Assembly: GCA_002713205.1 (NCBI GenBank)
Contig: PAVW01000005.1
Coordinates: 38,599-54,613, forward strand
Origin: Nitrososphaerota archaeon
GTDB lineage: Archaea; Thermoproteota; Nitrososphaeria; Nitrososphaerales; UBA57
Length of the DNA: 16,015 bases
Direction: 5' to 3'
In this document: one piece after another, positions 7,856-14,685 of the stretch
Layout: every line of letters starts with the position of its first letter
Position numbering within the stretch: position 1 is the stretch's first letter
The notes under the pieces: model-generated
What the model was told of the DNA's origin: nothing
The model's input: only the letters and a program-made list of their open reading frames with translations
Database searches by the model: none
Made by a program: the position numbers and the translations under genes

Positions 7856-8841
7856 TTTATTTTCACCCTATCTAACCTCCAAGATTGTTTTACCCAACTA
7901 TCTGAGACTGAAATCTCAATACCAGTGTTATAACTTAAAATTCCAGTCCATGCTATCTGCGCTCCACAATCTCCGGCATATTTTTTTGGAACAACATTTA
8001 ACGTTGCTCCTCTTTCTTTACACATACTATCTAACATTTCTTTAAGACGACTACTTGCAGCAACACCTCCTGATATTAACACTTCTTCCTTTTCAAGAAA
8101 AGCTAAAGCTCTTTCTGTAACTTCAGTTAACATAGAATATGCAGTCTCTTGTAATGAATAACTTACATCTTCAATTTTATTATCATTATCTAACAACTTC
8201 TTTGCTGAAGTCAAAATTCCTGAAAAAGAAACATCATTTCCCTTAACAGAATATGGAAGCATCAAATAGTTTTTTGATTTACGAGCTAATTCTTCCATTA
8301 TTGCACCTGCAGGTGAACTAAAACCTGCATATCTCCCTATTTGATCAATTAATTGTCCAATTGTAAGATCTAAAGTTTCACCAAATACTCGCCATTTTCC
8401 TGTATTGAATGAATTTATCATTGTATGTCCACCTGATACTAGTAAATTAACTGGATCTTTTACTCCGCTTGTTAAACATGCTAGTTCAATGTGACCTATT
8501 GCATGATTAACTGGAATTAGAGGTTTTTTTAATCGTAAAGACAATGCCCTTGATACTGTCGCACCAACCCTTAAACAGGGTCCAATTCCCGGACCAGCTG
8601 AATAAGCAATTATACCTATATCAGAATATGAAATACTTGCTTTTTCCATTGCTTCATTAATTAAATCAGGTGCAGTTACAGTATGATGCCTAGAAGCTTC
8701 TCTAGGATGGATTCCTGATCCTGCTGGTGGTTTATACACGCTTTTTACATCTGATAATATATTTCCTTCAGAATCCATTATTGAAACACCAAATGTATGT
8801 GCTGTTGATTCTATTCCCATGCATAAATATTCTGAATTCAT
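7843..8841 (-). CDS. kae1: tRNA N6-adenosine threonylcarbamoyltransferase Kae1
   Basis: 332 aa. Motifs seen: GIESTAHTFGVSI, GIHPREASRHH, the metal-binding VNHAIGHIE and SGGVAASSRL. Encoded separately from Bud32, not fused. An alternative start at the second Met (MGIEST, 8820) is possible. Confidence 0.95.
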   Translation of the reverse strand: MNSEYLCMGIESTAHTFGVSIMDSEGNILSDVKSVYKPPAGSGIHPREASRHHTVTAPDLINEAMEKASISYSDIGIIAYSAGPGIGPCLRVGATVSRALSLRLKKPLIPVNHAIGHIELACLTSGVKDPVNLLVSGGHTMINSFNTGKWRVFGETLDLTIGQLIDQIGRYAGFSSPAGAIMEELARKSKNYLMLPYSVKGNDVSFSGILTSAKKLLDNDNKIEDVSYSLQETAYSMLTEVTERALAFLEKEEVLISGGVAASSRLKEMLDSMCKERGATLNVVPKKYAGDCGAQIAWTGILSYNTGIEISVSDSWVKQSWRLDRVKIKWRK

Positions 8842-8861
8842 ACGTTAAGACTTAAAGAGCC

Positions 8862-8869
8862 TTAATATT
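8862..8869. promoter_or_regulatory. Possible shared or back-to-back TATA element in a 47-bp divergent intergenic region
   Basis: TTAATATT (containing the palindrome AATATT) lies about 23 nt from the + strand ATG at 8889 and about 25 nt from the - strand ATG at 8841. The whole gap between the two divergent genes is only 47 bp. Confidence 0.25.
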
Positions 8870-8888
8870 CAATATATTTCTAACTGTT

Positions 8889-9341
8889 ATGCCAAAATCT
8901 AAAAATATTGTCAAATTTCGCACTGCGGACATTACCTTTACTATTCATGCTACTGAAAACGACGATCTATTAATATCGACAATTAGCAAAAATTTAGGGT
9001 TATTTTCAAAAGAATTTCAAATAAAAGATTATTTGGGACATTATGAAAATCAAGTAAAAATAGTTCGTATACATATATTAAGCGATAGAATTATACCATT
9101 TACAACTCATCTTTTTAATTCATTATCTGTATCTGATCGAAAAAATTTATTTAATGACCTTCCAAAACATTTGGATAAACATTATTCATTTTATCTGCGT
9201 TTGGATAAACAATTACTAATTACTAATATATTTAAAATTTCTTTAGTTGATTGTGTTCGGATAAAATTAAAAATTGATTTTACATTGCAGAAATATAATA
9301 ATATAAAAATGATTGATGCATATATGAATTTATTAAGGTAG
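8889..9341 (+). CDS. DUF54/COG1325-like RNA-binding protein (predicted exosome-associated subunit family)
   Basis: 150 aa. The N-terminal ITFTIHATENDDLLISTI matches my recollection of the strand plus H-x-T-E-D motif that opens this family. Adjacency to a Pop5-like gene mirrors the archaeal RNA-processing superoperon neighbourhood. The call is from memory of the family pattern only. Confidence 0.5.
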   Translation: MPKSKNIVKFRTADITFTIHATENDDLLISTISKNLGLFSKEFQIKDYLGHYENQVKIVRIHILSDRIIPFTTHLFNSLSVSDRKNLFNDLPKHLDKHYSFYLRLDKQLLITNIFKISLVDCVRIKLKIDFTLQKYNNIKMIDAYMNLLR

Positions 9342-9601
9342 TGATTATGAAATCCAAAAAAAAACGCTATATTCTAACTAATGAAAAAAATTTTATACGT
9401 TTAAAAAAATTAAATTTTTCTAGAGTTAGATTCATTAAATATAAAAATATACCTAATGTAGTTTTGAAACTTAACCTCACAAATATTAATACTATAAAAC
9501 AAATACTTGACGATAATGAAATTGAGATATTAAGAATTTCTGGAACATTAAAAGCTTTGACTAAAATCAGAAACAATAAATCTATCTTTATTAATGAATA
9601 A
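9341..9601 (+). CDS. Short RNase P protein component Pop5 (Rpp14 family)-like protein
   Basis: 86 aa with a GTG start at 9341 or ATG at 9347. KKKRYIL near the N-terminus and LRISGTLKAL near the C-terminus match the two most conserved Pop5 landmarks (KRYI..., ...SGTIK.L). It is about 30 aa shorter than typical archaeal Pop5. Confidence 0.5.
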   Translation: MIMKSKKKRYILTNEKNFIRLKKLNFSRVRFIKYKNIPNVVLKLNLTNINTIKQILDDNEIEILRISGTLKALTKIRNNKSIFINE

Positions 9602-9602
9602 T

Positions 9603-9707
9603 ATGGGATGAAGTATCTAGTCGCCCCAGACTGAGATTATGATAGCTCTTGGATGAAAATTCTAACTAATCTTAACCTATGACGATATAAGCGACGATAC
9701 TGACCAT
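9603..9707 (+). ncRNA. Candidate K-turn / box C/D-like small RNA (unclassified)
   Basis: Ordered motifs: GGGATGA 9605-9611, CTGA 9631-9634, TGGATGA 9650-9656, CTGA 9700-9703. Terminal K-turn-like fold: stem 9603-9606:9704-9707, 3-nt bulge 9607-9609, tandem G.A/A.G (9610.9703, 9611.9702), then 11 Watson-Crick pairs (9612-9617:9696-9701 and 9620-9624:9691-9695). The spacer lengths are non-canonical for a C/D guide. No expression data are available. Confidence 0.3.
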
Positions 9708-9955
9708 TACTTTTTCATAGTTAAAAATACATTAATAAGACCTGTTAAGTTTCCAACTATTTGTAGACCTATTCCTAATCCACTTGGAACTACTGCAAAT
9801 TCCATTATTTCTCCAATTATAAATTCAGCCATTCCTGCATGAGCTGCACTTGCACCAACATAACCTCCCCAATACATAAAAATTGCTGTTAATAAAATAC
9901 CACTTTCACATAGGACAATTTGTGTGAAAACAAGATTCTTATTTGTAAATTCCAC
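9707..9955 (-). CDS. Hypothetical membrane protein, probably the 3' fragment of a frameshift-split gene
   Basis: 82 aa from a GTG start, with hydrophobic segments ILLTAIFMYWGGYVGA and VVPSGLGIGLQIVGNLTGLINVFL. Its reading frame stays open 28 codons further upstream, to the T9 run at 10038-10030, and that extension (VFFSLIICGILGFCGWTITYFLILKIYK) is itself transmembrane-like. Confidence 0.5.
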   Translation of the reverse strand: MEFTNKNLVFTQIVLCESGILLTAIFMYWGGYVGASAAHAGMAEFIIGEIMEFAVVPSGLGIGLQIVGNLTGLINVFLTMKK

Positions 9956-9956
9956 C

Positions 9957-10193
9957 TTATAGATTTTTAATATTAAAAAATAAGTTATTGTCCATCCACA
10001 AAATCCAAGTATTCCGCAAATTATTAGAGAAAAAAAAACCTATTATCATGTATATTCCTGGCCATTCAGTAATTAAAATAGGGAAAGCTAAACTTGGAAT
10101 TAATACAGGAATAGCTACGATTATTGCAATTGCTGTGTTAATTAAAAAAATTTGAAAAAAATATTTTATAACTTGTTCAAGATTAATTAACAT
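9957..10193 (-). CDS. Hypothetical membrane protein, probably the 5' fragment of a frameshift-split gene
   Basis: 78 aa. The first 54 residues are transmembrane-like (IFLINTAIAIIVAIPVLIPSLAFPILI, GIYMIIGFFF). After the T9 run the frame encodes a non-membrane-like tail, SNNLRNTWILWMDNNLFFNIKNL. A TAATG stop/start overlap joins it to the upstream ORF. Confidence 0.45.
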   Translation of the reverse strand: MLINLEQVIKYFFQIFLINTAIAIIVAIPVLIPSLAFPILITEWPGIYMIIGFFFSNNLRNTWILWMDNNLFFNIKNL

Positions 10194-10504
10194 TATTTTT
10201 TCCTCAATGATTTAATATTTAATGACATTATTATACCAGAATACATAGTTCCAAATAAAATTATAATTAAAGACAAATTTTTCCATAGTTCTAAATCTTC
10301 TCTAAATGTTTGAATTTCTAACTGATTAAGTAAGTAAAAAAAAACTAAACCAAATACTGTTAAAAAAATTCCCCATAATATTGAATAAGTAATTTTATTT
10401 TTCCTTTCAATTAAAATATAATATACAAATCCTACCAAAATTATTAATAATGAAATATACAGATAAGGGTGAATTAAGATTAAAAAATAAATTGAATTTA
10501 ACAT
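10193..10504 (-). CDS. Hypothetical small membrane protein (about 3 TM segments)
   Basis: 103 aa. Hydrophobic helices: IYFLILIHPYLYISLLIILVGFVYYILI, ILWGIFLTVFGLVFFYLL and LSLIIILFGTMYSGIIMSL. Translationally coupled to the next ORF. No recognisable family motif. Confidence 0.5.
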   Translation of the reverse strand: MLNSIYFLILIHPYLYISLLIILVGFVYYILIERKNKITYSILWGIFLTVFGLVFFYLLNQLEIQTFREDLELWKNLSLIIILFGTMYSGIIMSLNIKSLRKK

Positions 10505-10605
10505 ATATCTTATCTTATAACATTCAATTATATTTGAAAATTAACTTTTCTATTAATGACTAGAAAAGATTATTTGAAAGAACCTCATTAATCTTAATGA
10601 TGCCT

Positions 10606-10612
10606 AGGTGAT
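10606..10612 (+). promoter_or_regulatory. Shine-Dalgarno-like ribosome binding site for ppsA
   Basis: AGGTGAT ends 2 nt before the ATG at 10615. It is complementary to the conserved archaeal 16S 3' tail (..GAUCACCUCC..). Confidence 0.45.
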
Positions 10613-10614
10613 TA

Positions 10615-13029
10615 ATGTTAAATAAAGCCTATATTTTACAATTAAAGGAACTTCGACTCGATGATGGTCATATTGTAGGCGGTAAAAATGCAAATTTAGG
10701 TGAATTATTAAATGCTGGTCTTCCAGTTCCTAATGGCTTTGCAATAACAACTCACGTATATGATGAATTATTTTCTCAAGGGGATACTAAAGAAAAAATT
10801 TATAATATTCTCAAGAAAGTTGACTTTGATAATATTGCTAATTTGAATTCATGCAGTCGTGAAATTCGAAAAATTATTGAAGAAATTCCAATCCCTCAGA
10901 ATATTCTTGCTCTTATATCTGAGAATTATAATCTTCTTGGAACTAACGTTGAAGTTGCAGTTCGAAGTAGTGCAACAGCTGAAGATTTACCCACTGCAAG
11001 TTTTGCAGGACAAATGGATTCATTTTTATTTATACGCGGAACTAAAAACGTCATTAAATCTATTAAAAAAACTTTTAGTTCTATGTTTTCACCTCGAGCT
11101 ATTTATTATCGAAATGAAAAAGGGTTCAATCATTTTTCTGTGAAAATTAGTATAACAATTCAAAGAATGCTTAGCCCAAAATCTGCTGGTGTTATGTTTA
11201 CTCTTAATCCTGTCGATGGAAATACTGATATAATTTATATTGAAGGTTCATGGGGTGTTGGAGAAACTATAGTTCAAGGCAAAGTTGAACCTGATTCTTT
11301 TACAATTTTAAAATCTGATCTTTCCATCAGTAAAAATACAATTTCAACAAAAAAAACAATGACTATACGTGGTGAAACACAAGGCGAATATTCTATTGCA
11401 GAAAGAGCTTCAATCACTGAAGTGGATGTTCCTGAAGAATTACAAAACCAACCTTGTTTAACTGAAGATCAAGTAATTGATTTATCCAAATACGCAAAAA
11501 TCATTGAAGAACATTATGGTAAACCAATGGATATTGAATGGGTTGTTGAAAATAATACTGATAATATTTATCTTGTACAAGCTCGACCTGAAACTGTACA
11601 TTCCAAAAAAATAGTGAAAGAAGAAAAAACCGAAAGCACAGTTATAGCTAAGGGGATAGGCGCATCTGCTGGAGTACGTACTGGTGTTGTTCATGTCATT
11701 ACTGATATTCAAGACGCAGATAAATTCAAAGAAAATGAAATTCTTATTACCCCGATGACAACTCCTGACTGGACTCCTATAATGAAAAAAGCGACTGCCA
11801 TAATTACTCAATCTGGAGGAGCTACTGCACATGCTGCTATTGTTTCTAGAGAACTTGGAATACCATGTATTGTTGGTGTCCGTGATGCAATTACTACTTT
11901 ATCTACTGGTCAAGAAATTACAATAGATGGAAGTACTGGATTTATTTATGAAGGTTCAGTACACCTGTCTGCTCAAGAGGAAGAAATTTCATTGCCTTTA
12001 TCTAATGAATCTTGGCCAATTACACGTACCTCTATATATATGAATTTAGGACAGCCTGATTTAATTGAGAAATACAAGGGACTTCCTTTTGATGGAATTG
12101 GATTAATGAGAACTGAACTTATAATTGCCAATATTACAGCAGATTTGGTTTATGGAACTGAACAACCTAAATTAACTGGTCGAGCCAACGCACTTTCTTC
12201 TGTACACCCTCTACAGGTTATTGCAGATGGTAAGCAAAAATATTTTATTGATGAATTATATTCCGGTATTTCCAAAGTAGCATCTGCTATATTCCCAAGG
12301 CCTGTTATTGTACGATTTAGTGATTTCAAAACTAATGAATACAAATTGATGTATGGCGGTGATAAATATGAAATAGATGAAGAAAATCCTATGATAGGCT
12401 GGAGAGGTATCTCAAGGTATGTTAGTAAAAAATATGAACCGGCTTTTCGACTTGAATGTCAAGTAATAAAAAAATTACGAGATGATGGATTCAGCAATGT
12501 TTGGGTTATGTTGCCATTTGCGAGAAAAATCAGTGAAGTTCAACAAACTTTAAAAATTATGGAAGATGAAGGTCTGGAAAGAAGTAAATTTTTTAAAGTA
12601 TGGCTTATGGCGGAGACGCCTAGTTTCGTATTGTTAGCTGATCAATTTGCAAATTACTGTGATGGTTTTTCTATTGGCAGTAATGATTTGACACAACTTA
12701 TTCTTGGTGTTGATCGTGATTCTGAACTTCTTGCAACGATGGGTTATTTCAACGAACAAGACCCTGCTGTACTTAAAGCTATTCGACACCTAATATCCGT
12801 TGCACACGATAAAAATATTACGATTTCAATCTGTGGACAAGCACCTTCAGATCAAAAACCCCTTTTGGAATTCTTGATCAATTATTCTATTGATAGTATA
12901 AGTGTTAATCCTGATGCAGTAATCAATACACGTCGAAGTGTTGCCGGCTCTGAAAGAAAACAACTTCTCCGCCTACGAAAAGATAAATTTATTGATTCAA
13001 ACGATTTAGAATCTGTAATGTCTTCTTAA
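10615..13029 (+). CDS. ppsA: Phosphoenolpyruvate synthase (pyruvate, water dikinase)
   Basis: 804 aa. It has an N-terminal ATP-grasp region (VGGKNANLGEL, AVRSSATAEDLPTASFAGQ), the phosphohistidine swivel motif GGATAHAAIVSRELGIPCIVG, and a C-terminal PEP/pyruvate domain (RFSDFKTNEY, NPMIGWRG, GFSIGSNDLTQL, SICGQAPSD). Confidence 0.9.
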   Translation: MLNKAYILQLKELRLDDGHIVGGKNANLGELLNAGLPVPNGFAITTHVYDELFSQGDTKEKIYNILKKVDFDNIANLNSCSREIRKIIEEIPIPQNILALISENYNLLGTNVEVAVRSSATAEDLPTASFAGQMDSFLFIRGTKNVIKSIKKTFSSMFSPRAIYYRNEKGFNHFSVKISITIQRMLSPKSAGVMFTLNPVDGNTDIIYIEGSWGVGETIVQGKVEPDSFTILKSDLSISKNTISTKKTMTIRGETQGEYSIAERASITEVDVPEELQNQPCLTEDQVIDLSKYAKIIEEHYGKPMDIEWVVENNTDNIYLVQARPETVHSKKIVKEEKTESTVIAKGIGASAGVRTGVVHVITDIQDADKFKENEILITPMTTPDWTPIMKKATAIITQSGGATAHAAIVSRELGIPCIVGVRDAITTLSTGQEITIDGSTGFIYEGSVHLSAQEEEISLPLSNESWPITRTSIYMNLGQPDLIEKYKGLPFDGIGLMRTELIIANITADLVYGTEQPKLTGRANALSSVHPLQVIADGKQKYFIDELYSGISKVASAIFPRPVIVRFSDFKTNEYKLMYGGDKYEIDEENPMIGWRGISRYVSKKYEPAFRLECQVIKKLRDDGFSNVWVMLPFARKISEVQQTLKIMEDEGLERSKFFKVWLMAETPSFVLLADQFANYCDGFSIGSNDLTQLILGVDRDSELLATMGYFNEQDPAVLKAIRHLISVAHDKNITISICGQAPSDQKPLLEFLINYSIDSISVNPDAVINTRRSVAGSERKQLLRLRKDKFIDSNDLESVMSS

Positions 13030-13047
13030 TTTTATTATTTATTACTA

Positions 13048-14070
13048 TTATCTTGCAGGAATTGCAACGCCTTCAACTCCTAATTGAATTGTTGCTATAG
13101 ATGGACCAATACCTGATTCATTATTTTTATTTTCACCCACAGGAGCGTCAAAATTAACAATAAAGATTGATTCACCAGAGAACGCTATACTTGATGGAAA
13201 TTCTAACGGTCCTGAATTATCGCTCTTTGCAACTTCTACTATGCGTCTATCTTCTTTTGTAATTGCAAAAATTGCATTCTTTCCATTTATTGCTGCCCAA
13301 ACATTACCTGCTTTATCAATTGCAAGACCATCAACCCCAATTAATGCTTCATGACTCCTCCATACTGTGATGGACATAAGTCCGCCATCTTCTTTCCGAG
13401 TCTCTATTTTATGTATAACACCGTTACCTGTATTTGAGAAATAAATTGTTCCATCTGAATCAATTGCCATACCATTTGCTCCAAATGGAATATCAGGATT
13501 TCTAGAACCTAACTGATTTCCAAATTGAGTAAGTGCTTTGGTTTCCATATTATATGACCAAATAACTCCATTCTGACTATCTGTAACAAGCATTCTACCA
13601 TATTTATCAAAAACTATATCATTTGCAAATCCTAGACCTGAAACGAATAATGTTGCCTCACCAGGATTAGATGCACTGATTCTTTCTTTATTTAATTTCC
13701 AAATTTCTCCATAACTTCCAGTAGCAACATAGATATCTCCATCTTTATCAAACTTTATTCCTAACAACATTGTTGGTTCACCACTAGCCGTAGAAACCCT
13801 TCCTACAACTTCTATTTTCGGTGATTCAGGATCTATTCGTAAAATCCTTCCAGTATTATCACCTACATATAAAATTCCATTTTCATCTGTAGTAATAGAT
13901 TCAGCAAACAAGTTCATCTGATTTGAATTTGGATCTAAGTCTATTAATGTACGTGGCGTTAATCCTGGTCTAGGATCATAATTAATATTTCTAGGAACTA
14001 AGAATACACCTGAAACAATTACTAAAAACCCTACTACCAATACGACTAACAACAATGTCTTCTGTTCCAT
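13048..14070 (-). CDS. Membrane-anchored or secreted SMP-30/gluconolactonase/LRE-like six-bladed beta-propeller protein
   Basis: 340 aa. It has an N-terminal signal anchor (LLLVVLVVGFLVIVSGVFLV) followed by repeated blade motifs (GILYVGDNTGRILRID, DGDIYVATGSYGEIWKL, GRMLVTDSQNGVIWSY, DGTIYFSNTGNGVIHKI, AGNVWAAINGKNAIFAI). The substrate is unknown. Confidence 0.65.
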   Translation of the reverse strand: MEQKTLLLVVLVVGFLVIVSGVFLVPRNINYDPRPGLTPRTLIDLDPNSNQMNLFAESITTDENGILYVGDNTGRILRIDPESPKIEVVGRVSTASGEPTMLLGIKFDKDGDIYVATGSYGEIWKLNKERISASNPGEATLFVSGLGFANDIVFDKYGRMLVTDSQNGVIWSYNMETKALTQFGNQLGSRNPDIPFGANGMAIDSDGTIYFSNTGNGVIHKIETRKEDGGLMSITVWRSHEALIGVDGLAIDKAGNVWAAINGKNAIFAITKEDRRIVEVAKSDNSGPLEFPSSIAFSGESIFIVNFDAPVGENKNNESGIGPSIATIQLGVEGVAIPAR

Positions 14071-14169
14071 ATCTGATAAGACACTAAAAACTCACTTATA
14101 GCCTTTATCTTATTGAAATTTAATCAATTCCAATATTGACCTTATTCGATAATCTTTAATTATAAAATA

Positions 14170-14637
14170 GTGCTATGTAGAGCATTGGACAAATTTTTCG
14201 ATGAAATCGATAGAAAAATTATAAACGCATATCTACAAGATTCTAGGTTGTCATATAGAGAAATTGCTAAACGACTAGGTATAGCAGTTGGAACTGTAAT
14301 GACCAGAACTAAAAAATTAGAGTCACAAGGAATAATTGAATCTTATTCAGCAATTTTAAACCATAATAAATTAGGTTATGAATTAACTGTAATTACCGAA
14401 ATTAAGGTATCTAAAGGTAAATTAGTTGAAATGGAAACAGAAATTGCTAAAATGAAAGTTACATGTGCAGTGTATGATGTTACAGGGGATAACGACGCTA
14501 TTATTATTGCTAAATTTAAAAATCGTCAGGAACTAAATCAATTTACAAAAAAACTTCTTTCAATGTCTTTTGTAGAGAGAACAAATACTCATATTGTTCT
14601 AGATACTATTAAAGAGAACTTTAGATTACCTGCTTAA
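14170..14637 (+). CDS. Lrp/AsnC family transcriptional regulator
   Basis: 155 aa. It has an N-terminal HTH (DEIDRKIINAYLQDSRLSYREIAKRLGIAVGTVMTRTKKLESQGII) and a C-terminal RAM/AsnC_trans_reg domain (GYELTVITEIKV...VTGDNDAIIIAKFKNRQEL). The start is GTG 14170 or in-frame TTG 14185. No in-frame ATG precedes the HTH. Confidence 0.9.
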   Translation: MLCRALDKFFDEIDRKIINAYLQDSRLSYREIAKRLGIAVGTVMTRTKKLESQGIIESYSAILNHNKLGYELTVITEIKVSKGKLVEMETEIAKMKVTCAVYDVTGDNDAIIIAKFKNRQELNQFTKKLLSMSFVERTNTHIVLDTIKENFRLPA

Positions 14638-14685
14638 TTCCGCTACATTTAAAAGGATTTTTTTAGATTAATATATTGATTCAAT

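Noticed and set aside
10505-10614. 110-nt divergent gap before ppsA containing AATGATGCC (C-box-like) and several AT-rich direct motifs (TTAATGA, TTAATCTTAATGA).
   Set aside because: There is no D box and no convincing stem. The GGTGAT next to the ATG is adequately explained as the ppsA ribosome binding site. The rest is most simply two back-to-back promoters.
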